A stretch of DNA of 64,000 nucleotides. It comes from Raillietiella orientalis (taxonomy: Eukaryota). The notes under the pieces are model-generated. The model did no database searches, was not told the origin of the DNA, and saw nothing but the letters and a program-made list of their open reading frames with translations. The stretch lies in NCBI GenBank assembly GCA_036172245.1, contig JAYWIR010000038.1, positions 1,364,001 through 1,428,000 of the forward strand. Reading direction: 5' to 3'. The translations under genes and the position numbers were made by a program. Below, piece after piece: positions 22,901 to 35,599 of this stretch. Position 1 is the first letter of the stretch. Every line of letters starts with the position of its first letter.

Positions 22901-25129
22901 GTGTCGGCGCCGCGCCCTTTTCGACTTCGTCTCTCCCGCCTGTCCCCGCACTCGCTCGCTCGGGCTTCGAGGAGGGCTGGGATCGCGGAAGGGCAGTCCT
23001 TTCGGGAAGACGGAGGGAGGCTTTCCCCATGACGACCCCCTTTTCTCTTCCGGCGTCACGCCCTCTCCCCGGATGTTGAGGAAGGGTGCCCGGGGGCGCC
23101 CGCGACCCCGTCGTCGCCTCTCGGTTCGGGGAAAAGACGGTTCACCGTTCTAGAAAACAAGAGTGAGGTCACCTTCGTGAACTCTTCCCGGTGGACTCCT
23201 TGTAGCAGCAGTCGGACGCGTGAAGAGCCGCAGCGAAACTCCCGCGGGGCGTCTTCTCCACGTCGACGCCAGCATCCTCTGGAAGATCGACGAACAGAAC
23301 CTCCGAGAGGACTCTTCAAGGTTGTCTGAAGTGGAAGGCGGAAACGGGATTTTGGCAAGAAGGAGAGACGGCATGAAGCCACCCCGCCAGTGACCATAGG
23401 TTGCCATGGGAACCAATCGCCACCTCCTCCCGTTCAGCTGCTCGAAAGATGAGAGGGACGCGCCGAATGCCAACGTCGGTGGAGCAGGAGGCGGAGGGGG
23501 GGGTCCTGCTCACTGATCCCTTCCTTCTCTGAGCGTCGCCGCTTCCTCGCCAGCGCCCCCGGAAAGCGTCGAGGGTGCCACCACCTCCAGGACGCGGCGT
23601 TGGCGGGAGCTGGAATGACAGGACGAGCCACTGCAGGATGGCGAGATGGGGCTGAAGACCCTCGGAAGTACCCGAACGGAGGAAGCTCTCCCCCCCCTCT
23701 TCCTCTCCTCGCAGCCATGGCAACGATCCGCACCACTCGCGGATCGCTTTATCTCCTGCGTTTTTATCGTCGCCGGTTTATCGGCGGATTCCCTGCGAAG
23801 ACAGCTGAAACCGTCCGAGCCACTCAGCCTCACCGGAGACTCGCCGGGAGCCGCTCCTCCCCGTGATCGCGTTATCGGCGGGGGAGGGAGGACGCGCGCG
23901 CGCCGGCAGCTGCTTCGCCGGGGCTCCCTGTGCCCCGGCGCTCCGGCTTCAGGTGTTGCGTTCCTTCGAGGACCGCATAATTGAGGCCGAGCGCGCCATT
24001 CTCGAGGAGGTGCGACCGACCAGGAAGCGTTCCCGAGACGCGGAGTCTGGGAGCCTCGGAGTAGCCGCGCTTCGACAGCTCCGAGGCGTTCCCAAACGTC
24101 TGCCGCCGCCGCCGCCGGCGAACCAACGCGGGTGTCCTCCTTTTCCTCTCCCTTCACCTTCCCCCAGCCTTTACGGGAAGTCGACGAGGTCTCGAAGGGC
24201 CACCGCCGTTGGAAGTGCCTTCGCGGCATTGTGCGCACGCGCAGGACGGACTCTCTCAGGTGGCTCTTTTCCCGCCGTGGGCAGCTGATGGACCTCCGCG
24301 CTCCCGCAGCTGCTCTTCCCTTGCAACTGAGCGATGTCCGAGCTCCGGCGATCTTCCTATGCTGCCCCTCTCGGGACCGAAGAGTACCTCGGCGTTCCGG
24401 AGAACAACGGGACGGCGGAAAGATGCTCGGAAGGATGCGGAGATCTGCCGCTGGCCCGTCGCCTCCCAGTGTCGGTTTCCAAGGACGACCTGCTGCCAGC
24501 GGGATCGGGTACCTCCCGCCTCTTCCAAACTACCCATCTCCGTCCAGAGACCGCGAGGTACAGGGGGCGAATCGACGGAAGCGGATGGTTGGTGTGTTCT
24601 ATTTTCCAGCAAGAGAGGAGTCCCTGACTCGGTGGAAGATCCCGTCGTGGCACCCCTGCGATCTAGGAACTCAGGAAACGGCATGGCACCGAGCTGGTTT
24701 GAGGTCCTGCGGCACCGGAAGGAACAGATCAGGAAAGAGATGGACCAAGGAAACGACCCAGTGAATGTGTGACGCCGAGCTGGTCCGAGGTCCCACGGCT
24801 CCAGAAGGAACAGGACAGGAAGGAGCTGCTGCCATCCACTTCTTTCACGGCATCTTACCCAGAGCCATGGCCCCTGAGGCATCGGCTGCGATGCCTTTCG
24901 TGGACAGTCGAGGAACGGATGAGAAAGACATGAGGGAAGCAGCGAATCCTTCCCTCCAGCTGACGTGAACCCTTGTTTGCGCAATGCGAGGCAAGAAGCA
25001 CAATGGTCCACGGACGGTAGCAGCCGTCCAAGTTTCGAAAAAAAATTCTCTCCGAAAAAGTCACCTCCACTAATGGTCCTGACCCTCTGGAGCACTTGAA
25101 ACCAGAGAAGGTCCCTCCCGGAAGATGCC

Positions 25130-25500
25130 TGAACAACGCTCTGTTGCCACTCACGCAGCGCAGAGCGCTTCTTGCTCTCTGCAGAGGCAGCCCCGAGGAG
25201 GGTATCGACCAGCCCCACGGGACGCGAGGAAGGGCTCCACTCCAACACCGGAGGGGAACTCCGAAGGGCTCCTGGACGTCCTGGAAGTACCCCGGAGAGT
25301 CGACTTCCGATCCCGGCCAGTCAACGGGATCATCCTATGGCATCCGGCTTCCGTCAGTGCCACCACACATGGGGCCTGCAGGCCAACCAGCATTGTCCTG
25401 CGTGGGGGAATCGAAACACCCTCGACGCACCCATTTCTCTGGGGTCAATTCTTCCTCGGGCGAGATTCGAATCCGCGACTCTCGGTGCCACGCGGCCGTC
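25130..25500 (-). mobile_element. tRNA-headed SINE-like repeat, copy 2
   Basis: Minus strand: CGCGTGGCACCGAG...GGATTCGAATCTC (B box), GAAATGGGTGCGTC, GCTGGTTGGCC, and family body. Confidence 0.7.
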
Positions 25501-26791
25501 AGAGCGGTCACGCTGCTCTGCCGGTGAAAGCCACGGCTGGAGGCGAGCAACCGAGGGTCTTCTCGACAACGCAAGGTCACTGATGCAACTTTGCGTTCGT
25601 CGTCGTCATCACCCTCGTGATTAGGGTGGTTCCTCCATACACACACACTCTGGAAGCGATTCTGGATGGGGAGGGGTAGTGGCGCGAATCGATCCGGGCG
25701 ACGCCAAACCGGCAAGGTTGACGAGCACACGGACCTTGGAGGAGAAAAAAAAGGAGGCCTGCTCGTGGGGAGGAGGGGGAGAACCTTTTGCCACGCGCAG
25801 ACAAGTGGTGGTGCCGACGGCGGCGGTTCGCGCGTTCCCGGTCGTCGCCGCGAACGGTACGGTACACTTTTTGTCTCCGAGAGCGCGGGCAATGCACAGA
25901 GCGCCCGGGAGCAACGGGTCCTTTCGAGCCCTTCCAAATGGACCGCCTGGAGAAGGTTGGCGGTCAATCCCTCCCTCTTCGGCTTCCTGTTTTTGCGCGC
26001 GCCGCCGCCGCGGGGTTCGAAGGACGCCCGATTGTTCGGCACGGGAAGAGGATCCATCCGCCATTCGGAAGCCGCTGTCAGCCCTTCCTGCTTTCCTTGG
26101 GCGCAGCCCGTCCGACTCCGGGGACTTCCCGCTCGGGAACAGCGCGCGCGCGCGCGCCCGAGGGTCGGAACTCGCCGCCGGTGCAATCGCCTGGGGAGCG
26201 CATTGTTCCCGCCCCTCCCGTAATGGATTTTCGGGTTCTTCGCCTCCTTCCAGTCATGAGGGACAAAAACGGATGATCGATCGCCGGAAGTGACCTCTCC
26301 TTTCCGTCCTGCGTCCCGGTAGCGCACTTTCTTTCTCGAGGCCGAAGCCGGAAGGAAGTGGCGGCTTCCCACGCGTCCCTCTGGGCAGCCTTCAGTTGGC
26401 ACGCGCTCACAAGAGGGTCCACGTCAGCCCCTGGGCACGGCTCTCTGCCGCTGGCCACTTCGAAGCATCGGATGCCTCCGGGGAATCGTCATTTAGGATG
26501 GCGGCGTCCACCGCCACTCCACAGGCCACCCCACCCCACCTCGACCCCTTCTGGGGATGCGGTGTCCACCTGCCTTACATGCGATAGCGGCAGGCAGACT
26601 CTTGTCAAGGGTGTTCTGCTGCAGCATCTTCGCATCTCCTCAAGGCTGTCACGAAGGAAGCAGCAAGTTGTTTGCTTCGTGGTCTGTCTGTTCCCCGGGG
26701 GCTTCTTGCATCTCCCTCCAATGAGCCAACCCTTGGTGTGTCCTTCGTGTGACGGTACTTTCTTCCCAGCATCCCATCCTTTCTCGCTCAG

Positions 26792-27899
26792 CGGCACAGC
26801 AGGTAGCTCGACACTACGGGAGGGGTCACTGCTCTGCCCTTGTCGACTTTGCCCTCCGGAGGAACCGATGGCTGGAGGATTGGGCAGGATCGAAAATGAC
26901 CCCGCTCTGTCCCGACCGGTGCCGACGTTCCTCCTCGTCCGCTGCCAACTTGCCAGCCCGGAAGGTGTGAGTGGCGCCGCCTTTCCACCGTCCACCGCCC
27001 TCGAAAGGGGGGGCTGCAGTACGAGACGGAACTCGGGAGTTCGATGCGAAGACGATGCGGGTAGAGGTCTCCACCCCCTCCCCTCGGCACGCTCATCGCC
27101 TACCCCCGTTTTCGCTCTGGGAATCGCTCTGGGCTGCGCTTCCGCTTGCAGCTCCGTCCTTAGCGCAGATCCCTTACTTCGCAGCTCGAGTTCCCTCTGT
27201 CACTCGCTGCCCGTTCGGGGAAGCCGAGCTCCCTCTGCAGGAGAGGCGGCGATGGGCGGAATTGGGTCCCGCGATGCCTCTGTCTGAACCAGCGGCGACA
27301 GGGGGAACTCCAGCCGGATGCCCCAGGACGTTCACAGCAATCAAAGATGCACAGCTCACAAGCATCGCAGGGCACGAGTGTCCACGCGGCGCCAAAAGTC
27401 CTGGAAGGTCGCTGACTCTCTGGTCGACTCCTAACGAGCCCCAAGAGGCGGTGGTGGAGGAGGAAACGAAAGCGAAAACGACGAATTCTCCTTTGACTTT
27501 GGGGAAAGAGGAGAGAGGTCACTGGTCATCTACTCGCCGCCTCTGCACTTCCTCGGAGATGCAGCCATCCTAGTAGAAAGATGGGGGGGGAGTTGAAGTT
27601 TCCCTCAGAGGAATGATGGGCCCTGCATGCTGACCCAACTTCCGAAAAGAGGAGTGTGCACTCCGGAAGAGCATTCTTGGGGTTCACTGGACCTCTGGAT
27701 CTTGCGGCGCCGCGGCGTACAGGGCAGCAGTCCTCCTCAGGAGCTGCTGGTCAAAAGGCAACGGACGCGAAAGTCAAAGGCGGAGAGGCGGCTTCCTGTT
27801 GTCCGGCACAGCAGGTAGCTCGACACTACGGGAGGGGTCACTGCTCTGCCCTTGTCGACTTTGCCCTCCGGAGGAACCGATGGCTGGAGGACTGGGCAG
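26792..27899. repeat. 96-bp near-identical direct repeat (26792-26887 and 27804-27899)
   Basis: CGGCACAGCAGGTAGCTCGAC...GGCTGGAGGA(T/C)TGGGCAG: 95 of 96 identical, offset 1012 bp. Confidence 0.95.
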
Positions 27900-29247
27900 C
27901 AGTGAACGCCCTGTCGTCGTGAGGGAACGATCTTTCTGGTACCCGGAGACTTTGTCATCAATCCCTCCTCCCCTTCCCCATCCCTGCAAGGCAAGATCCC
28001 CTGTCAAAAGTCGGAGGGCAGAAGCTCCTCCTTCCCGAGGCACAGAGAGATTTTCCTTGACGACTTCGGACGCAGCCCTTCGGGCTTCCTTAATCCCTTC
28101 AGATCCCTCTGTCCTGATCGTGAAGATGAGAGAGTCTGGCGGCGCAAGATTTCGCACAGAGCCACTGCCTCTTGCTCGATCCCTTCGTCGCGCATTCTGC
28201 GAACGGGGTCTTCCTCCGATCTACTGGGGGAAGGGGGGGGGGGGAAGAAGGATGTGACGAGCAAATGAAGACTCCGCGATCTTCGTGAAAATCGTAGGGG
28301 CGGATGGTCTCTGGCCGAGAACGAGCATCCTCGGACCTCAGGCTACTTTACTTTCCTTGGTTTTCGAGGGGGCAGCCCCTCGGCTGCAGGGGCCAAAAAT
28401 AAAAAAAAAATGAGGTCGACCAGGGAAGGAGCCAAAGGGGATGCAAGTGCATAGGAAGGATGGATGGGGAAGTATTTCATCGTAGGGCGAGGGTACAACG
28501 GGGAGGATGGAGGAGAAGTGATGGAACATGTGGAAATCAAGTTGATTTGCAAACAAGAAACCCTTTTATTTAATGCACCTTGATGTATTCTATTTAGGTT
28601 ACATTGCTGCTGGTCCTGTTCGTGGGATGTTTTCGATTGATTGTGAACTCGGAGTCGGGTTGACTTCATTTTTCGTTCTTCTGAAAGAAACGCTCCACGC
28701 TTATGGCCGGATTTTCAGACGGCGATATGAAAAGACGATCCCTGGATTCTAATAAATAGCGGTAGCGAGAGTGGATTGGATTGGGGGAAAGCGTGACTTG
28801 CGAGGAGCTGCGTGGATGCTGATGCTGAAAAGGTTTGCAACGGTCGATTTCCATGGTTTCCATTACATCAAACAAATACAGTTAAATTCGATCCCATAAT
28901 AGTGATTGAGTCTCGCTTTGCAACATATACGTGTATTCAATAGTTGTTAATGAATCAGATGTTTTACTGTATACCTTGGAAGTTCTAGAAGAATGAGCTT
29001 CGAAATCTACGAAGCTCCGAATGCTTAGACTGAGAATAAGCAATTAATAACCGTGGTGAGGACGTTCGCATTAAATGAGAAGTTGAGAAGAGGGTCCGGG
29101 CATTAATTAAAGGGGGTGGGGGCAGCCCCCTAAACAGCTTTGCAATTGGTGGTATGTGGAAGTTTGGAAGTGGTTTGGTGAGAGCTCTTTGTTGGCCACA
29201 AGGGGCACAACCGAGTTCTTGAGGAACCGTAAGTTAATTACATAAGC

Positions 29248-29690
29248 CAGAGTTTCCCAAGCCATGTTCTGCGGAACACCAGTGTTCCACGGAGAGTCGA
29301 TAAGTGTTCCGTGAGAAATGATGAAAAATCAGCGTATTTTAAATGCTGCGTCAAGTTGAAACGTTTGAAACTCCTCACTTTGCGTGTCGGTTTTCCAATA
29401 TGGTGCCTCATATCCAAAGAATTGGTGATTCAAAGACCCCCAAAAACATCATCAAGAACGTAATTTTACTACTATATGTACTCTAGTGTATTTTACTAGT
29501 TTCGCGGGCTTTTTTATTATACACAATTAAAATTTGAGAATAAATGTTCGCTTTGTTTTCTCAACTCTTGCAATTACTTGCTTAATTTATTCATTATTAA
29601 TAGCTAACTACCCTATGAAATAACCAAGGTATTCCCTTAAAATTTCAGGATTTGTGAAGTGTTCCGTCAGGAAAAGTTCGGGAAACGCTG
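29248..29690. mobile_element. Non-autonomous hAT (Charlie/Buster-like) MITE
   Basis: TIRs CAGAGTTTCCCAA and TCGGGAAACGCTG; 8-bp TSD ACATAAGC / ACCTAAGC with central TA; subterminal GTGTTCC/GGAACAC repeats; AT-rich interior. Confidence 0.85.
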
Positions 29691-30429
29691 ACCTAAGCTA
29701 ATTGCTAATACGCATTCAATTCAGGATTTAATCATTCTTTAGCCGTAAGCAGCACTTTTCACATACGATTTGCCGTGAGCTTATATAATGGAATGCATGT
29801 AAATTGAGAGGAAAAAAAAAAAAAGCATATGGGTGTGTAGTATTTAATTTTGATGTTATTAATCTGGATTGGTAATTGCGTGCCGCAGTTTCCGCGAAGC
29901 ACTCGGGTCGCGAGAAGTTTTCAGGACCTCACTCGGTTGCTCCGGGGCGTTTATTTTCATTCAAATCAACTCACAAAAGCGATGGCAGGATGCTTGGTCC
30001 TGCCATGTTCATTGCCACCAACTTCGTAGGGTGCCACGTTCGTTGCCCAGAGGAATCTGCCGAGAAGCTGGTGCGCGCACCAGCGAGGTTCACCTCGGCA
30101 GCAGAAGGGAGGGGGACAAAGAAAAAGAAAATAAAACTACATGTGTAAAAAAAAAAAAAACCTCTGGAGGGATTGGGAAGGGATCACATAATGCAGGAGG
30201 GTGTTCTCTGCATCCTCTCCAGGATGCCGGCAAGCTCCCGCTGGGTGGTTCCCAGATAGAGCCATCTTGTTGCGATCCTGAGAAAACGGCCCGCAGAGTC
30301 GACGGCGTTTCTATCGTCCTGACCTCCTCTGGTGGCGCTCCATGCCGCCACGATCCTGCGTGAGCAGCGAATTGCTGCTAGGGATGCGGCTGGCGTTAGG
30401 GCATCACGAACGAAGAGGCGTTTTAGCCC

Positions 30430-31190
30430 GCGTCGGAGGCCGTGTGGCTACGATGGTCTCCGCGCGTGGCACCACCAGGCGTCGTGGGTTCCAATATTCC
30501 GAAGGAATCGATGGGGCAGTGTGTCTTGGGTTCCGAGTTCACCCCACAAGATGACGCTGGTTGGCCGGCATTCTTCCAGGTGCGGCACTGGTAGCGGTTC
30601 AAACCGGATACCTCCGATGAGGGCCGGGACAAATGGTAGTCAACCTCCGGGTCCTTCCAGGAATCACGGAGTGGGAGCTCCCCTCCGGTTGTGAAGGAGC
30701 GGACCTCCATTCCGGGGGACCCTCCGCGTCGTACTGATGGAGAAGGTGCGTCGCCACCACCTCTCCAGAGAGTTCAGGGAAGCGAGCCGCTTCCTTCGGG
30801 GAAACAGCGTCCTTCTGAATTTCGGGAGCGTCCCTTCTGGGTCCTCTTCAGAGGAGTGAACAGGAGCGAAATCCCTTTCAGGGGATCCCTCCGGAGAAGA
30901 AATTCCAGGATTGGATCCTTTCTGGGTTCCCTTCAGAGAAGAAAGAATGGAGCAAACCTCTCCGGGGGTCCTCTGGAGAGAATAAGGAAGGAGAATTCCC
31001 TTTTTGATTCCTCTTCGGAGACAATCAAGGTGGAGGTGGTCTTCATTTCCGGGGATCCCTCTCCAGGCGCGAGGGGAACGGACTCCGAGTCCTTCCTGGA
31101 TTCATAGGGCGGTCCCCTCCTGGGGTACCCCTATCTTGAAGAATTATCCACCCTCGGATGGCGTAGAACCATGTTGAAGAACTGTGAAGA
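30430..31190 (+). mobile_element. tRNA-headed SINE-like repeat, copy 3
   Basis: GCGTCGGAGGCCGTGTGGCT...GTCTCCGCGCGTGGCACC head, GACGCTGGTTGGCC, GGGTCCTTCCAGGAATC body, CTTGAAGA...CACCCTCGG tail. Confidence 0.75.
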
Positions 31191-31199
31191 CAGAAAAGA

Positions 31200-31460
31200 A
31201 GGATTTCCATCATCCAAGGTGTCTCTGAGGTTGCCTTCGGGGATCCGGTGGGTCCCGGCAAAGCGTTCCCAAACGGACCGGAGGGCAACACAATCCGCAA
31301 GCAAGTGCCAAAGGGATTCTCATCGTCTGCACTTGCTGCAGTTCGGGTTCAACTCCCACCTCCCCTCCTACCCTTCCGGGTCCAGTGATGTCGGCGAGCG
31401 TTGCAAGGGCGTCCTCAATGCAACAAGAGCAGCGTCGATTCCTGCCACTTCATGGGGAGG
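31200..31460 (-). mobile_element. L1/Tx1-like LINE C-terminal zinc knuckle relic
   Basis: Minus strand reads ELNPNCSKCRR*ESLWHLLADCVALRSVWER (CxxC...H...C). The relic probably extends further toward ~32400. Confidence 0.6.
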
Positions 31461-32607
31461 GGTGAGTGTTTCGAAGCACTGAGGGCCACTCGAGGTCTTC
31501 TGGTGGACCCCAGCTTACAAGTCCTCTCGGTGCGGCAATTAGAGTCGCAGCGTCTGTTGCCTGAAAGCTTTCGGGAGACCTCAGTCAGTTGCCTCCGGTC
31601 ATCGCTGACCTTGAGGCCACCGACGCCACCAGAGGAGGCCAGAAGCCGGGCTGCCTTGGCAGAAGAGTTCTCTGCGGATGCAGTTCTTTGGTGACTCGAT
31701 TTCTCACAGCGGCACTTCCACGAACGATTCCTTCTCCATCACGGCGACCGTCGGCACCGTTGCTGGCGCCGCTGTCAGGGGTGGCTACCGTGGGAAAACG
31801 CATGCTCTTGGCCCCCTCAGCAGCCCTCTCAGCTCTCTCGGCAGGAGCTCGAAGGATGGTGCCAAATCAGGACTCACACGAGGGGACGGCAGCGTGCGAA
31901 GACGAGGTGCTGTCTTCAAATCACGACCAAACAGTGACAGTGTCTCCATGATGGTGAGTCGAAGGGGAGAAAACGGATGGGAAAGATAGTGAGAATGGCC
32001 TCCTTTCTCAAAGTGAATTCGATCTACAAGGCGCACAAACGAGCTAAAGTGATGCATAAGGATGGAATCTTCCAGAAGTGAGGCAGGCGAACAATGAAAG
32101 TCAGCACGAGAGCACCGGCATAGCGGACAAGATAGCACGAAAGCCCTCGATTCCGATGTCTGTTTGAGTGACCGTGACACGCGTAAGAATCGGACAAGGA
32201 AAGAAGACTCGACGGGAGAATTCTTCCTGGTGTGGATTCATGAAGGTGAGCGCCGAGGTCTCTCCCTGTTTTAGCGTTTCCCGTGCGAACGATAGCTAAC
32301 GGATCACAACGAAAAAAGGGTCCAACGGATTGAATAACAATCTTTCCCTGAGGCAGGATTTTTGATTTTCCATCGTCCACACCACCGGTCACTCAAGTGT
32401 TGAATCGCATACATCTGTGGTTCGGCAGCAGCATCACGTTCCGAAGAATTCAAGTTCCCAACTTCGAAGTGCGAGAGAAGATGGAGGTGGAGACGAAACC
32501 GCAAGCATAAGATGAAAGTCCTTTGTTAGAGGATTCTGCAATCTTAGACACAGAAGTGATGTGTACGAAGTACACGGTAGCAACACCAACTCACTCTAGT
32601 GCCATGA

Positions 32608-32641
32608 GCTTCTCGGCCTTTTGGCCAAGATCAAAGTGCAG
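32608..32641 (+). pseudogene. U2: U2 snRNA 5' fragment (about nt 4-37)
   Basis: GCTTCTCGGCCTTTTGGCCAAGATCAAAGTGCAG versus U2 GCTTCTCGGCCTTTTGGCTAAGATCAAAGTGTAG (2 mismatches in 34). It stops before TATCTG, and no 3' U2 portion was seen. Confidence 0.88.
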
Positions 32642-33378
32642 AGTCTCGGCTAAATCTACTCCCAACTAGAAGCAGAATAATCTCGTTGTCCTCATAATTC
32701 CATCATTCCGTGGGCAGATGCTGCATCACAAAATTGATGTTATTCCGTATGCAGCGCAGCTGATAGTCAAAAGGAACCAAGGGCTCATCTAGAGTGTGGT
32801 AACACGTTCTGCTCCGTGAATCACTGTCCCAAGACTTCCAAGAATTCTTGCAAATCCTCACTCAAACTGATAAAGCACATAATGGCTGCCAGCCACGTTG
32901 ATGGCGAATCCATAGTTGCTGGAAGAAGGAAAGCAGATCGCACATGCTGGTGCTGTAAAATTTGGGAGGAGACGTTGCCTCGCATCGGAAAGCACTGCGT
33001 GAAGCACCCTCATCTGTACACCTCACGACATGATGCTCTGCTGGAAAGAGGGAAGACCTCCGCAGTGACCATAGCGAAATAGAAGTGCTGGTGTCCCACA
33101 ACCAAGAGGCTGCTGATGTGGATTGCACGCTGCGGCCCGATTTGTTGTTGCAGAAGGGCAACTGGTTGGACGTGTGCTATCCGCTCGAAAATGGGGAAGA
33201 AGCGTTCAGCATTGCCAGTAAAGAAAAACTTGACAAGTATGGGGATGTTTCCTGTCAGCTATCGACTGAAGAAGTTCCATGCAGAGCTCATCTTCTCATC
33301 ATCGGACCATTGAGGACAGGGGACCCTATCAATGATGCTGTGATGTGGAAGTTCCTAGAAAGCACTTGGACAAGATGA
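32642..33378 (+). mobile_element. 5'-truncated, decayed Utopia/NeSL-type RLE non-LTR retrotransposon
   Basis: RLNLLPTR at 32647; CCHC region DRTCWCCKIWEETLPRIGKHC...RHDALLER; restriction-like endonuclease LRPDLL...LDVCYPLENGEEAF...KEKLDKY...IIGPLRTGDPIND. Stops and frameshifts present. Confidence 0.82.
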
Positions 33379-33602
33379 AGGATTATATAGGACCTTTTGC
33401 ATCCAGCGCACCAGGGACATCTACTGGAGCCATGTGCTTGGACTTCTCCCAGGCGACGGATGCAGATGCCTATCACCTAAAAAACGATGGAGTTCAATCG
33501 AGGCGACTTCCGAGCGAAAAGGACGACATTCTGATAGCTGAAACAGCGGAACATCCAGGAGAATGAAGTTTATTGGCTTCGGCCTATATAATCCTTCATC
33601 TT
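33372..33602. repeat. Perfect 20-bp inverted repeat bounding a 231-bp segment
   Basis: AAGATGAAGGATTATATAGG (33372-33391) and CCTATATAATCCTTCATCTT (33583-33602). Confidence 0.9.
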
Positions 33603-35599
33603 CGGAACAGATGGGAGGATTTGCAGATATTACAGATCCCCACTGTTGCAGTCATACGTATTGCCCCAAATTTTCTCTACATCAAATCCGTCATGAGCTA
33701 AGACAAAGAGTAAAGAGCAAATAAATTGCATTTCTTAACAAGATGATTTGAGGTCCATCCAATGGAATCGAAAAGAAAAAAGAAAACATTTCGTTACATA
33801 GGTGCCACTCTGAACCTCCCTTCTTACCAGGGGAACACACGAAGATGATTCTTCTCAATGGACATCATCTTTTGGAACGCTGCCCAGTGGCATGACGGAT
33901 TCACATAAAGACACGCTTATGGAGATGTGCTGAATCAGCATAACATTCGTCGGCCTCATTGAAGCACTCTGCTGGTCACCTCTGCCCAAGATTTGGGAGG
34001 CAAGGAAACTCGGGAAGCAACGAGGTGTTCACGGTAGCTGCAAGACTGAATACGGAGCAGCGTTAAGGGAAGTAACCGGTTGTGTGGCGATGGGCACAGC
34101 ACGGATGTCCTGACGCCCAAGGCATAAACAGCTCGGGCCATTTGCTGCTGAAAAGCAAACGCGGAAGAGCTGGCAAAAAAAACAAAACAAAACATAAAAA
34201 AGCAAATCACGAGGGAATTTCGACTCGGTCTCTCCTTCCTCATCAATGTGCACGAGGGAATAGCACGTCAGAAGGAAGGTGTCGCGGTTGGTTTCTATCC
34301 AAATGACCGAATTTTCGGCGAGAGCAGAAGGAGCCAAAGGAATTTTCTCGGCGCTTTTAAGACGTTCGCTTCCTCTCTCGAGCTGCAGAAGCAAAGCTGA
34401 GCTCGACTCTGGTCGGACGAGAAGCATCCTTGTTTTCCAGGTGTTTCGTCATTGTGTCCTTCACGCACGTTGCCACACTTGCAAGATAAAAACGGATTTT
34501 CCCTTATCGGATTCGTGGAGCGAGCGCCGCTGAAGTACTGGCATGCGCCACAGATTTGTCAAACGTGAAAAACGATTCATTCAAGGATCGTTGACCTAAT
34601 CACCGTGACATCACATCTCGGTGTGATGCTGATTAGAGAGGATCTGGGATTTCTTTCTTTTTCTTTTTTTTTTTTTACATGACTTCCCTTCAACAAGTTG
34701 CTTTCGTTCCCTTTCATATCTTGCCGAGGTATTCTGACGTCCGCCTTTTTTTTTTGGGAGGGGGGAGGGAGGAGGGAGGATGATTTCTCTTTGCAGTGCA
34801 TTTCGTTTTCAAGTCCGAAATTAGTCGAAACGCAACGTCATCACATCATCCCTGTTGACATTCAGCAGGCTTGCCATGCTTTGGATGGCACAATGGATGC
34901 CATTCTTTCGTGGCGATCGAACAAGTGTCTCAGTTGCAAGGCAGCAGGCCAATAACGCGGGTTCAAAAATCTTCAATGCAAACTCGCCAAGACTTTTTGT
35001 GCTTGCTGAGGTTGTTTAAGAAAGAATCCGGCTTCGGTGTCGCGCTGACAAATTGCCAACTGGGTTTCACATTGACAAAGTGAAATGAACCGAGTTGAGA
35101 ATTAAATGAAGACAGGTCTGATCCCATTCTTCAGATGGAGTTTCAGAACCCGTGCGGTTCGTCTCGGCGCTCCAGAGACCGAGGCGAATTTTCTGCTGGT
35201 AGTGTTTCTGCAATGTTGCCAAACTCAGCGAGCGCAGGTGAAGAAAGGGAACCAACGCAACACAGATAACTGAGACGTGCCGAAGAGGAATCAACCTCCA
35301 AAATCAGGATACTAGGATTCGACCGAAGGTGAACGAAAGGGAAGCCGAATTTGGGGTATGGAAGAGCCTAGAAGAGAAAGTGAGAATGAACGACCTGGAA
35401 ACGCAGAAAATACACGGAATATTCTTCTTTCGGGAGCTGAAGAAAGCAAGATCGAAGTACCAGAGAAATGGGCCCCACGCTAACTTAAGAAAGGCCCTTC
35501 GGCAGAACGGTCGTAGCGACGCAAAGGCATTATGCAAGTAGCACTTCCAAATTTTCCGGGATGGAAATGACTCGGCATTGGATCTTCGAGCAGCCAATT

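Noticed and set aside
28340..29240. AT-richer, strand-skewed segment with a minus-strand TAAATAAA; considered as an endogenous viral piece or NUMT
   Set aside because: No diagnostic motif could be recognised; needs BLASTX.
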